Below, piece after piece: positions 50,712 through 64,000 of a stretch of 64,000 nt of DNA. Positions within the stretch are counted from its first letter, which is position 1, and every line of letters begins with the position of its first letter. Position numbers and translations under genes: made by a program. The DNA comes from Neodothiora populina (Eukaryota). Location: positions 2,480,001 to 2,544,000 of the forward strand of contig NW_027191404.1 of the NCBI RefSeq assembly GCF_041146345.1. Reading direction: 5' to 3'. The notes beneath the pieces were generated by a model. It saw only the letters and a list, made by a program, of their open reading frames with translations. It was not told where the DNA came from and searched no databases.

Positions 50712-53700
50712 ATGGGGAAAGGATTCGATATAAAGTCTGCTTTCAAGCAAGCCAAGCAGTCTGCGAAAGTAGCCATTCACGATGACGACGACGATGGCTC
50801 GAGGCAGCAAAGACGCAGCAATGCGTTCAGTGACTTCATCAAGTCGAATGCGCAGAAACTGCCAGGACATGGCAGACGGCGCGAGAAGCGCAAGACCCAT
50901 GTAAATATCACGATATCAATACACAATATCATACTTGACAGTCAGCTAATGGCGCATTTAGATTATACACATAGATCCACCATCCCGAATCTCCTACACG
51001 GGTCAGAGACCACTACCGCTCAACTTGCGTCCGACAAGCAGAGTGATCATGCCTCCACCACAGACCAAAGAACCGGCGATTCTAGCTACCTGGGGTGTCA
51101 AGTCCCCCTCCATCAGACCGGGGAGCCACTTCTCCTCAGGGGCAGACAGCCATCATTCCCAGGGCCTGAATGATTCCGTAACCTCGCGACACCAAGCATC
51201 TAAGAGTCCGCTTTACAGCAGGTCTTACTCTGATCTGAAGCCCAAGCATCTGAGCAGTGACGAAGTGCAATTGATGTTCAGCGGCGCTCCTGTGTTCGAT
51301 GTGGTTGGTTCCACTGTGCATCCTCGCCCTCGCGTCACGATCAAGGCCGATCGCAGTGGTCTCCTCGAGTATGCCAGAGATACAGATGATTTGACGCACT
51401 CTACCTTTGCAGCTGGTACCCTAGGTGGCACAGTGAGCGATGACACCATCAATGCCGCAGACTTGAACATGCTCTTGGAAGTGCCGGATATGCGCCGCTT
51501 GTCAGGCCGAGACCCAGGAACTGTCGGCTTTGAGTACTTTCTCCAGATGCCAATTTCCGACAGCCATCGTGTATTGCCTATCGCCTCGACTTTGGAGAAG
51601 CGGAAAGCTCTTCTGGCCGAACCGGAGAGAATGGGACTTCGAAATATGGGATTTGAAAGCTTGATCGACCACTTGTCAGCGGTAGCGGAAGCGCAACAGG
51701 CCAAGCAGGATAACATGACTTTCGAAGCCACTGCGAAGCCTGATATGGCGGAAATGTACACCAAACTCTTCTCCGAGCTGCTGGCGTCTCCGGAGTCTGG
51801 TGACATGGCTACGAACGAAGAGACCGCGACAAGTTTGGAAACTCAGATCGCTGCAATAGTCCGGATCCTCGATTCTCCTGATATCTGGTTTGACTTCAGC
51901 TATGTTGAGTGGCGCATCCGCCTGGGACAATTGTTGTGGTCTACAGCGCCAGAAGAGAAAGCAGAGCTCGAAGCCTCCAACGGCGACAAGGCAGTGAATG
52001 AGCGTGATGTACTCATTCTGCAAATTGTGTTGGCATCCGAATTGCAGCTCAGGCTAGAGATGGATGATATTCCCGCTAAACCACGCGCTTTTTCGCGGAA
52101 AGTTCACTGGGACCTGGTACTGGCCAGACGGTTTATTAACAACGTGCGCGTAGCAAAGGCCTCCATGGAGGACGACGATAAGGCGCCTCGCAGTAGCGTT
52201 TTCTCGGCACTGACATTTGTGACAGCACAGGAGGACTTGGACGTGGTTGCAGATGTTAAGCCGATATTCTACCCAAGAGATGAAGAGCAACAGATCGGCG
52301 GACTATTACACTTTGCGGAATCCTTGTCATGGCCGGACTTGCAAGACATAAGGACGAATCTGAAAATGTCACAACATGGGCAACAAAATCTCCAGGTTCC
52401 CGGGGCTTCGCCTGTAGTGTCGCCTGCCTTCAGCGCCTACGCAACCCCTGTAGCCTCTCCCAGTGCGCTTTCATCGGATGGCTCAGCAAATTACTTTTCC
52501 GTTACAAGACCGCAATTAGAAAGACGGACCACGACCTCTCAGTCCGTCCAGCTCTCTCGAACATCGACCACTAGCACTTCAGCTTCCAACAACGCAAGCG
52601 CAGGTGGCTGGCTCAGTCGGTCATGGCTGACAGGCCTTCTGTTGCCTGGCGAGGCTATTAGCCATTTCCTCATGTCAACGTTGCTCGAAAATTCGCCGGC
52701 TGCCATCTCGACATTAGGAGACTCGGCAAATCTCTGTGGCGGCTTTACGTATCACGGGCGCAGCTACTGGAGCAAGTCATCTGTTGTCGGAAGAGTTCTT
52801 GCAACGCAGGCCGGAGCGGCCGAATGCATGGGCTGGATCTCTTTTCCCAGTGCGGCGGTCGACAATGACGACAGGGCCAAGGACGGATGGTTCGATGTCG
52901 AGAGCAAGCGTATTCAGCAGGCAGAGCAAGAAAAGCCCCGTATCTCGATGGACGGTGCGGTGGCCAAAGACTCTGCTTTTGTCCGTGATGCAGACGACAG
53001 CAAAGCTACAATTGACGAAGCCGACTTCACTTGGCCAGTCGATAGTCCTCCAGTGTTGGGCAATGAATGTCGATTCGAAGGTCTCAGTCTGCCCACGGAG
53101 TCTGCGTCTTCAGACCAAGAAGCCGTGGCTGAGGATAGTGGAGTACCTTGCTTTCCCCTATCAGCACCCGCCTTGAAATTCGCCTCGAACACTTCGCATC
53201 CGGTACGAGTCACAATTCCCTTGACCTATGATGTCTACTTCATTTCATCCTTCCCCTGCATCGCGGAACCTCGACCCACTGTTCCGCAACCAGAGCTGCA
53301 GATGCTACAACTTCCATCGTCACCACTCGCATCTCCCAGAGTCGGTAGCACCAACCAATCTTTACGGCCCGGTTCGCCTCAGATGATGATGATGATGGAC
53401 GACACGGAAGAAAAGGCACTTCCCGAGCCTCCGTGCCACCCCTTGCACACTGCAAGCTACACGATGGAAATTGTACCAGCAGCGACTCTTCTGTCCTTGC
53501 CGATTGAAGATTCGTTCCAGCGCCCCGAAGATGGAAGAGTGCTGGTGCTCGACTGCAGAGGGGCGTTCTGCGAGCAGCTGCAGCTACTCGCGAGAGCTTG
53601 GTGTGCCAAAGTCGGACAGCACGCTGTTGTCGGCAAGGTCGGAAGGACATGCCTATCTTGCTGCATCAGAGAGGCTAGAGCGCTTGACGTGTGTGTTGTC

Positions 53701-53712
53701 ATCAGGATATGA
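50712..53712 (+). CDS. Large fungal hypothetical protein with a Cys-rich C-terminal motif
   Basis: Exons 50712-50900 and 50962-53712 splice in frame (~980 aa). The C-terminus reads ARAWCAKVG..VVGKVGRTCLSCCIREA. Confidence 0.8.
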
Positions 53713-53965
53713 GAGACGAGAGAGAAATTGGTTATTGCTGCCATAGCGTGTTTCCTTGACCGTTCTTGGATATTCTTGTCCCGTCTTGTTTGTCGATTAT
53801 TCCTACGCATATGATACCCCAGGAGCAAGTTTTCTTTTCGATTTTCTTCACTTCATAATCACCCGTTTGTTTAGTCTACTTCTCTCTGTCGATATGGTAT
53901 AACCAATACAAATACAACATTTCCACCGACTAGACCTCATCAAATCTATTTCCTTGCCAGATCAA

Positions 53966-55285
53966 TCACTGCTCCTCTTCCTCCTCCTCTCCATCGAGCA
54001 ACAGCGGCACCTCAGTCCCACTACCCCTGATCTCAACAAGTCCCCTTCCGCCACAAGCCCTAACGAAATCGTCATGCAGCGCGCGATCATAAACCGTGTT
54101 CCTGGACGCCGCATCATTGCAAAAACCAAGACAATCAACCAACCACTCGCCCTTTTTATTCCCCGCCCTCTTTAGCCTCCCCGCCCAGCTCCACACAGAC
54201 GGATCCTTGAAGTTGAACGTATCCGCGTTTGCCGCGCCATGCCCTGCCCCACCACCACCACCACCACCACCACTTCCCTGCGACGACGCTCCCCGAGACC
54301 GAATACTCGCCCTCAACACGGCGCCCAGCAGCAAAACCACGACGTCAGGCACGCACCCGTGCTCCGTGACGGCGCCTCGCACGTCCCTCGTGCTCGGCAC
54401 GACGCCCACCTGTGGCGCGACAAGACACGCGACGGCGAGGGCGTTGCGCTCGGCGATGGCGGAGGGCAGGCCTTGCGATGATGCGACTTCGCCGCGCGAT
54501 GAGGACGTCCAGGAGATTCTTAGCGTGCTGTGCAGGAGGTAGGAAAGGAAGGAGAGCTTCTGGTTGGCCCAGGGGCCGCGGAGGAGGGAGTGCGGGATTT
54601 GGATGCTGGGGTGGAGGTGTAGGTAGGGGAGGGGAGGTTGGTGGTTGGGAGAGGTGAAGTTCGGGGAGGGTGGGATGGGAGGAGTGGATCGAGGATCGAG
54701 GGATGGGTCGTCGTTTAAGGGAGTGGTGGCTAGCTTCCAGGCGAGGTCATGGCACCCTTGCACGGCGAGCTGGAAGACCTTCCATGTCATCCAGCGGCAT
54801 TGCAGGAGACGGGAAATGTCCGTTGCTAGCGGGCATGGTGGTTCGCATCTTTCGTGCGCGTAGAGCGTGTGCGTGGTGAAGCGGACGTATATGGACTGTG
54901 CTGACACTGCACTTGCGATTACTGGTGATGACAACGGCAGGTTGATGTTGTTGCTGTACTCGAATATGACCTGGATGATCTCGGTGGGAAGCAGCTCGAA
55001 CTTGGAAAGTCTTTGGATTGGAGCAGTCGGTCTGGATGGATAATGTTATTGGATTACATTTACTAGGCTAACTATATACAGCAGATGACTTTGCAATGAT
55101 CATGTCTCATCGAAGAACTCGTCCATCGACAACATCGACGATACTTACTTTTGCAACGCTCTCAGGCCGGCATGGCTGAAGCGCGCGACCTTGCGCAATC
55201 TAGAAGTAGCCAAAGGAGTACCGACATCGTCAAGCGGACGATCTCGTTTCCTGCGACCACGTACACGTATAGGCGTGAGCTCCAT
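53966..55285 (-). CDS. Hypothetical protein with an F-box-like N-terminal motif
   Basis: Exons 55285-55149 and 55031-53966. A basic NLS-like start is followed by LSKFELLPTEIIQVIFEYS, an F-box-like LP.EI..IF pattern. Confidence 0.65.
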
Positions 55286-56234
55286 GTTGGATGAAGTGAC
55301 AGAGTCAAGTAGACAGAAGCAGCAAGACTGCCCTGTTGGAATGCAATAGACCTGGAAGCACATTGGGGTCAGCAGAGTCTCAGAGGAGAATGTATACAGA
55401 GCTGATGTGCTTGGGTTTGTCTCAGTGATCTTGGTGTATAGGGTGTAATCAAGGGTGATCATTTACTATCTAGGCGTGATAAGGTTTCTAATCATCGACG
55501 TTCGCGGATGCGAATGCACTGCACGAGGGTGCTTACCTGAGAAGAAGAAGACAATTGCTTGGTTTGAGCAATTACCGTTGGGAGATTTATATCATAAGTT
55601 CATCTATTGCATCAATTAGCCACAACCCCAACCAGACGTATGATGCGGACCAAATAGTAATGATAGGTGCAAAGTTCAGAATATGTAAGAATTGAATTTC
55701 ATGTTCTCCCGCGCCGTATGAGAAACAGGCGTGGATCTCCGGTCACGGGAGTCAATCGCAAATTATAACATCATTTGATGTAGGGGGAGGATATCGAAAA
55801 CAGGCGGGTGTGTAACTTACGATATCATGCAGAAAGCTGGCGAAGACTGACAAGCCATCAACAGACCTCGCAACCAGCATCAGCGCCAGCAGTCATTATT
55901 CTATGACTTGGGAGCAGTCAAATGCTTGGTGTGAGATGAAGACGCAGAGAACAAAAGTCTCAGTGACAAGCAAAAGTAGTTGAAAGTTGCAGCGAAAGTC
56001 TTGGCAGCGCACGACGCACGGCCCGCACATTAACCGATCCACCACTCTCGAAAATCGTCAATTGGGGGTTTGCACAACCGGATCGACTGGCCACTCACTT
56101 TACGACGACACCACCACCCAACCTTTACTGTCAGTAATCCCCGAACGGAAGCGTCGTGAGCGCATCAGAATCTACGGATTGAAATTTTAGTTCTGACAAA
56201 GTTCGCAGAACGACCACCGACACCAGCAGCCAAA

Positions 56235-56862
56235 ATGTCGGCATCCGTCACTACCAGCGCCTGGAGGAACGTCGAGGTCGGCCGTGTCGTCCTCTTCAGC
56301 ACCGGTCCTTTCACCGGCAGGCTCGCAGCCATCGTCGAGATCATCGACCACAAGCGCGTACGTGGCAGACCCCCATCAAGATTGCTTTGGAGAGGATGTG
56401 GTAGAAGCAGCGGCAGCCGCAGCGACAGGGAAATGAAAAGCAGAAGAATGAACACACGAGGACTTACACGTTTGCGAAACAGGTCCTGATTGAGGGTCCC
56501 TCCTCCAAGCCTGAGGCCGTCGTTCCTCGTCACGCCATCTCCCTTTCTCACGTCTCCCTTACTCCCGTTGTCATCGAGAAGCTCCCCCGTGCTTCCGGCC
56601 ACGGTGCCCTCAAGGCTGCTTGGGAGAAGGCTGGCGTCGAGAAGTCCTGGGAGAACAGCGCCTGGGCACAGAACCGTGAGCGCAGCTCCAAGAGGAAGCA
56701 GCTCTCCGACTTCGAGCGCTTCAAGGTTATGAGACTCAGGAAGCAGGTGCGTAACGACGGACGAACCCAGTCGCGCAACTGATGGGAGACTAACCATGAA
56801 CATGACAGGCCCGCTTCGAGGTCCGCAAGACTGTCGCCGCCGCCCGTACCGCCAAGGCATAG
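56235..56862 (+). CDS. RPL14: 60S ribosomal protein L14 (eL14)
   Basis: Exons 56235-56357, 56483-56746 and 56809-56862 give VEVGRVV...[18 protein letters not shown]...[18 protein letters not shown]. Confidence 0.95.
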
Positions 56863-57496
56863 ATGGAAAATACAAACCTGTGTTCAATGGTGGTGAAAAG
56901 GTCGTGGGGGTGTTTGCATTCAGGAAGGGAGTGAACTTTCGCAAATGCAAATCGAGGGAGTCTTTCAAGTTTGCCTATCGGCCACACGCTCTACTCGGCA
57001 CGAGACTCATAGCAGCAATGTGTGAGAAATCGAGACACTAAAGGCAAAAGAAACGGGGCGTCCTGGTGTGCTGCAGCTAACAACCATTGCGGTTCGGCCT
57101 TTTTGCTGTCGTATATTTGAAAATCAAAACTTCGAAATTTACGCCAAAAGCAGGGCAGCCTGACAAGTGTCGCTGCGAAAGTGGAAAACAAAACCAGCAG
57201 CAGCAGCAGCTCTTCTTTTCTCACATGCGCGTCGCACAAAGTAATTGACATGACCAAAAAAAGAGACGATGGAATCTTCTTTTTCGCAAGTGATTTACTG
57301 ATGAAGATGATGATATTGAATTCGAAGTCCTGACGACGGCCACGATAACGCCATGTCCATCGTCGTCGTCAATAGAGGTATCCATATGTTTACATGCAAT
57401 GTTTTGACCACCGTATACATTTATTCACCACGAGTGCTTATGCTTGTGCATAAACCAAGGCCAATTGAGATAGAGGCTGTACAAGTAGTGCTGGGC

Positions 57497-57554
57497 AGAG
57501 AGAGAGACAGAGAGAGACAGAGAGAGACAGAGAGAGACAGTGAGTGACAGTGAC
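57497..57554. repeat. (AGAGAGACAG)4 decamer tandem repeat with a degenerate tail
   Basis: Four perfect 10-bp units at 57501-57540, in the RPL14-EGD2 spacer. Confidence 0.9.
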
Positions 57555-57948
57555 GTCTGTGCATGGACCCAAAATTTGCTTCGCGGAATTGTGTGGGCGG
57601 CACTCAAGCTTGGCCTCGCTAAGTCGGACGACGACCTCGTTGTATCTCGACCACCAAGGACATTATCAAAAGTGAGAGCCACACAGAGTCGTTGAATCGG
57701 TATGTCACACCTTGTGTTGTTATGCGCGTAATGAATACATCCTCGTCATTTTTGCCGCCGAGGAAAGAGCTGGAAAAATGTGAGGCAGAGCGGGTGATTT
57801 GGTGGGATGAAGAGACGAACGGGCGCATATTCGTCCCATTCGTGCAGCAGCAACAGCAGCAGCAGCGGACAAAAATGGCGTGGAATCGGGCGAGAGATGG
57901 ACAAGCAAGCTAATTCGTCAATTGCGGAATCGAACAGAATCTGAGTAG

Positions 57949-58724
<776 letters not shown>

Positions 58725-59339
58725 CTTTGCCCTGCTGGCAATGTAGTTTGAGAGAGAAGGCAGAAAATCAAAAACGGGGTGTTTCTAGCACTTGTACATC
58801 AGATGCTAGGCTGAGCTACTCTTTTTCTTTCTTCGTTTCCATGCATAAGACATGAGGGTGAATTATGGCTGGTAATTCAAAAGCACTTCGTCTGTCATTT
58901 GTCCTTGCTGCATGTCTCGTACAGCTGTAAATGGTAGGTTTATCAGTGTGAACATTGACATGACTTAGACGGGGTATGTGATTTGTGAAAAGCACAGTAT
59001 GACACACGAGAGACGACATGTGACCAGACAACGAAGCCATGTGTCTGTACATGTAGCATATCTATATATCTTACCGAATGCAAAGAAACGAACCTGGAAT
59101 GCACTGTATGGAGATACAAGCAAACGGTCGGCGTACATGGTATACCGGGTCTGGACGGTACAAGGACGAGGGTCTTCCGCAATCCGGCGACGCCAAGAGA
59201 TTTGAACAAGTTGAGCAGTGCAGTTCAGTTCCGTCGTCGAAGGTCGAGTGTCGAATGCTTCCACCAAGTAGCGGCAGCAGCAACACTTCCCTCTCCACCC
59301 CTCATCTCTCTCTCTCATCCCCCCATTTCAACCTTCAAA

Positions 59340-60085
59340 ATGGCCGTCGGAGTACGTCAATCCCTCTCCTACCGTGTCTCTGTGACGCATTGCGCGCCGA
59401 TTCGCAACAGTTCCTGGCTAACCCGCACCGCGTGCACCGAAAACAGCGCTCCGCAGCTTTGAAAATCGACTGGACCAAGATTGGCACCCAGCTTGGTCTC
59501 AAGGGATCCACCGCCAACTCGCTGGTGGCCTTCAAGAAGCGCAACGATGACGCGCGTCGCAAGATCCAGCAATTGAGCGAGCACCCCCAGACCGTCGACT
59601 TCTCGCACTACCGCAGCATCCTCAAGAACACCGCAGTCATCGACGACATCGAGAAGCAGTTCAACGCCTTCCAGCCCAAGAAGTACGATGTCAACAGGCA
59701 GCTCAAGGCCATTGAGGCTTTCGAGGCCCAGGCCGTCAAGGGAGCCGAGGAGACCAAGGTCAAGGTCGATACCGAGCTCAAGGATTTGGAGAAGACCCTG
59801 AAGAACATCGAGGAGGCCAGACCCTTCGAGGACCTCACCGTCGTATGTTTTGCCGGACGATTGTTTAACAAACCAAGGGAGATTGCTAAGATTCGGTTGA
59901 ACAGGACGAAGTCGCTGCCGCCCGTCCCGAGATCGACGAGCGCACCTCCCAGCTCGTTGTCAAGGGCAGATGGATGCCTCCTGGTTACAAGGCAAGAAAC
60001 AACCCTATACTTGTAATGAAGCAGAAACAAATACTGACTCAATTGGCTGCTACAGGAGAAGTTCGGCGACCTTTCTATCATCTAA
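59340..60085 (+). CDS. ATP7: Mitochondrial ATP synthase subunit d
   Basis: Exons 59340-59351, 59447-59842, 59905-59991 and 60056-60085 (last intron GC-AG) give RSAALKIDW...[10 protein letters not shown]...[16 protein letters not shown]...WMPPGYKEKFGDL. Confidence 0.94.
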
Positions 60086-61006
60086 GCGGAATAGCTCTGT
60101 ACATTTGCCTTTCGCCCGACATTGTAGAATAGTCAAATCTCGTTTGCCGAAACCCTTGCGGCCTCTTTCTCTTTTCCTTTTCTTTTTTTGGTTCTTACGC
60201 GACAGATGTGAACTCGCTTGTTTCGTGATGGGTATCCTCCAGCAGCAGCAGCAGTAATTGGCCCATGGATCGATCATGCCTTCAATGGTAAGTTTCGGCC
60301 ATTGTGCAGCGAAAACCGCGACCGGCTCATCTGTCTCGGCCCCTCGGAAGGAAAGTAGCGCTGGTCGCAACATGTGTGCTTTCCGTTTCGACGAACTGCA
60401 GCAAAAGGAGAAGGAACGAAGTCCTCCAAAACCGACCCACCACGCGAAGCCTCATAGCATTTTGTACCGTTTGTGTGCAACTCCCTGGACCAGCAATCTG
60501 GTCATTGTGGGCACCCACAATCTCTCTACCGCAGGAAAATAACCTCAGAATAGATGTGACGTGCAGCATCAAAAGTGCCTTAGAAATCAAACGCCTAAGC
60601 TAAGGCGAGAGCGTGACTTTCTGGTTCTGGTTTTCGTGTTATTGCGACCGCCTTCCCTTGTTCTCTGTCATATATGTCCGGTGATATCATGTCCGAAGGT
60701 GGTACCGAGTAATGTCGACGGCGGTCCTCTCGTGCTTCCCTGTCTTCTTTCCCCTCCTGTTCGTAAGAAGTCTTGAATTTCCGTTGCTGTATCACTGGGG
60801 CTACACCTCATTGTTCTGGTGATCACTCCGTCGAGTTGTGGTCGCCTCATTGGGTTGCGAGAGACGAAATAACCGTACATTGCTTTCTTTCTCTATTACT
60901 GCTGGTGATTTAAGGACAGTGACACCATCACATCAGGTCTATTCGTACATCGCTTTCTTCCCTATTCTCAACAACGATCAGAAGACAGAACCACAGTACA
61001 ACAACG

Positions 61007-63284
61007 TCAAATCCCCACCATCCGTCTCAACCCCATAATCTTCCTGCCCACCGTCTCACCATACCCCAACTCCACAATTCCTTTACCCATCTCCCACCCG
61101 CCAGCATTCATGGGATAATCAAGCTTCGCAGGAATAGCAGTCTTGATCAAGCGCGGAAACCTATCGCGACAGACGCTCTTGGCATTACATACGCCTCTGA
61201 GGCCTTCCTCGCCCGCGAAACGGCCGTATCCACTGCCTCGGACGCCTCCAAAAGGCAACTGCACAGCGTAGTAAGCCGCGAAGTCGTTGACTGCCACCAT
61301 GCCGGCGACGACCTCTCGCGTCACTCGCTCGAGCGCGGCGTTATCTTCTGCCGTCGCGCAGGGCCCGAACACGCTGCTGCCTAGGGCGAAGGAGGTCGAG
61401 TTTGCAAGCGAGATGGCGGAGTCAAGAGATGGCGCGCGCATCAGTAGGCAAATTGGCGCGAATGTCTCTTCTTGCGCGATACGCATTTCGGGCGTCACGT
61501 CTGTCAGGAGCGTCGGCGTGAAGTAATGTCCGTTCGGGTAGGCTGGATGGGAGTGTCGTGAGCCGCCACACACGAGGTTTGCACCTTTGGACACGGCGTC
61601 TTGGATCAGAGATTCGAGTCTGGCGAAGTTCACGGCAGAAATCATGGCGCCGACGTCGACGTCGGGGGTTTTGGGATCGAGCGCGTTGCCGAGTCGTAAG
61701 GAGGAGATACGGGGCGCGAGAGCGTCGCAAAGATAAGTGTAGGCCTTGGGCATGGCGATTACGCGTTCTATTCCTATGCAGTTTTGTCCTGCAGATTGGA
61801 AGACGCCGCGCATGATTATGGATTCTATCCGTTTCAGCTCAGACGCTGACAGCGATGCAGATGTAGAAGAGGGGTCGAGGATTATGGCTGCGTCTTTCCC
61901 GCCGAGCTCGACAACTACGGGGGTAAGCGACTTGGCTGCTGATGTGCACACGGCGTGAGCGACTGGTCGGGAGCCGATGAAGGTCAGATGAGAGATGCCT
62001 AGGTGGGAGGTTAAATAGTCTGCGCTTTCCGGCCAGCAAGTCACCGAGTGGACGAGTTCAGGAGAGTGGTTGTTCGCAATCAGTGCACCCCGGACTATGT
62101 CGATGAAGTATCTCGAGGACCAGGCCGTTTGCTCGCTGTTTTTAACCAGGATTGCGTTTCCGGAGAACAAAGCTGTGATTACCGGGCCCATCAGGTTATG
62201 GAACTAAATCACATATTGTCAGTATCAATGCTGACCGATTCGTCCTTTTATAGAAGGATCTTACGGGGTAGCTAAAGTCATACATCAGCATAATGACACA
62301 AGTGATCCATACAGGAGATAAAAGGAGTAGGCTCACTTCCAGCTAACGCAGGCACCAACAACACCAAGAGGCTCATATCTGACCTCGTTCTTCTTATACA
62401 TCATCAAGAAATTAGTAGGTCGAGAATCAGGGCTCAGCGCCTTCTCTCCGTGATCAATAGTCCACTTCAGGCGTTCGGCCGTGACCAGAATCTCTCCGAA
62501 AAGAGCATCTACGCGCGTTTTGCCAGAGTCTAGACAAGCCACTGTGGCGATGTCATCTTGATAAGTCAGGATCCATCTGAAGTTTCTAGTCAGTCCTGGA
62601 TCACACTCCGTTCCTAGCAGCGACAAAAACAAGAAAAATGTTTACTACAGAAGAGGGAAAAAGGACATACTTGAGCAGAGTTTGAAGCACCTTTCTTCTG
62701 TCGGCAAAAGTAGTCGTAGCCCATGTCTTCTGCGCATCCCGTGCACGAATCCATGTTCTATCAATGTCGCCTGGCGTGGCAGGTGTGATGACACCCAGAG
62801 ATTCACCCGTCGCGGGACAGTAGCATTGTACGTCATTTGATCCAGAGACCTGAGCGTGTGAATTAGTGAAATGTTGCCACGAGACGCATACGAACCAGCA
62901 GTATAACAAGACAGGGTAAAGCGGGAGGGAGAAACGAAGAGAGCATCAATTAGTCCGACTCAACCCAACATCGACAATTCCTCCTCTGCACTCAATTCAC
63001 CTTCTAAACATTACACCCAGCACCAACAACCAAGTCCAATCCGATCCAAAAGAACGAAAATCAAAAAGCGAAAAGAAACCAACCTTCAACCCAGCCTCCA
63101 CCAGAACCTCTCCCCTCCATCCCTCCTTGCATTGCTCAGGCAAGACCACCTCATACTCAACAGCCGCCTTGAAACCATTGACTTTAAGCAGAAAGAACCA
63201 CACCCCTGACGCGAGCAATACTAGCGAGGTGGTGAGTACTACTGTCGAGAGCCCTGGTAGGGGTGACGTATTAGATGCGTCCAT
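61007..63284 (-). CDS. MSC7: Membrane-anchored aldehyde dehydrogenase (MSC7/ALDH22-like)
   Basis: Exons 63284-63084, 62849-62671, 62576-62337, 62271-62265 (7 nt) and 62203-61007. N-terminal TM segment, then QCYCPATG, WNYPFHN, FIGS, VELGGKD, GQNCIG, EETFAP and LPFGG. Confidence 0.88.
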
Positions 63285-64000
63285 GTCTTCTACGTTTATT
63301 TTATCTGGGATAGAGAGGTGTGGACATTCGGCAATGGGTATCAATTCTTCTGGGGAGGAAACGACCGTGATATGATTTGTAGTGCTATTTCGGAGGACAG
63401 ATCAGACAAACGCGAGTTTGAAGTTGCCGCGTTTGGTCGCGTAAAGCAGTGTGGAGAGTGGACTGATTTGGGGTTTTTCTTTATATAATGGTTTTTCCTT
63501 TCCCTTTCTATTTACCTGTTATTTAGAAGCTTAGCCGCTAATCTCCTTATTGATATAAATATATATGATAGTAAAGAAGCAAGAGAGAATAGTTTATTCA
63601 TGTTATGAATTAAGTTATATAATGAACTGCAGTATGATATAGACTTTATAATGATAAATTATTATCGTAAGGTAGACAACGAACATTCGGGGTTAAGATG
63701 GCTTGGCAGCTGTTTACCGGGACAATCTCGGCAGTCGGAGGTCGGCCAGTGACGACGTCGTGCCTTCCCAGTGCAGCTGGAGGGTAGATGAGGGACGAGG
63801 GACCATCCACGAGTCTCCGCATGTCATGTTGCACCGCCTGGTCGCTTTATACAACGTATTGTAATCCTTGAATTGATCTGAAGCTGGTTGGAGGAGTAGC
63901 AGTAGTAGTAGCAGCAGCAGCAGTAGCAGCAGTCAATTGTCTACGTTATTGATCACCTTGAATTGAGCCCCGATCAGGAGCCCACGAGCCAGCAGCAGAA

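Noticed and set aside
59078..59339. Long N-terminal extension of ATP7 suggested by the ORF track
   Set aside because: It is an artefact of reading through promoter and intron 1. ATG 59340 with a 12-nt exon gives the normal subunit d N-terminus.

Overview
Gene-dense, intron-containing euchromatic DNA from a filamentous ascomycete (Pezizomycotina-type GT-AG introns of ~50-230 nt with CTRAC branch points). I reconstructed about 26 protein-coding genes by hand: a membrane-anchored GH3 beta-glucosidase (cut by the window edge), NAPE-PLD, AAR2, VIP1, UTP21, MRS2, three Zn2Cys6 transcription factors, an EutQ-like cupin, HSP12, WBP11, a dienelactone hydrolase, a divergent glutamine-synthetase-like/SDR pair, MPC2, NDUFA2, a LigB dioxygenase, acyl-protein thioesterase 1, RPL14, EGD2, ATP7, an MSC7-type aldehyde dehydrogenase and three hypothetical proteins. 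I found no supportable RNA gene, transposon or CRISPR array. The most striking observation is that the acyl-protein thioesterase stop codon sits in the leaky readthrough context TGA-CTAG and is followed in frame by a hidden 40-codon extension encoding a transmembrane helix plus a basic tip. This suggests a readthrough-generated tail-anchored isoform. Second is a GlnA4-like gamma-glutamyl-amine ligase paired with an SDR across a GATA-rich bidirectional promoter. There are also two GC-AG introns, several microexons (one of 7 nt in an ALDH catalytic motif) and candidate dual-start targeting extensions. All product calls come from motif recognition without database searches.
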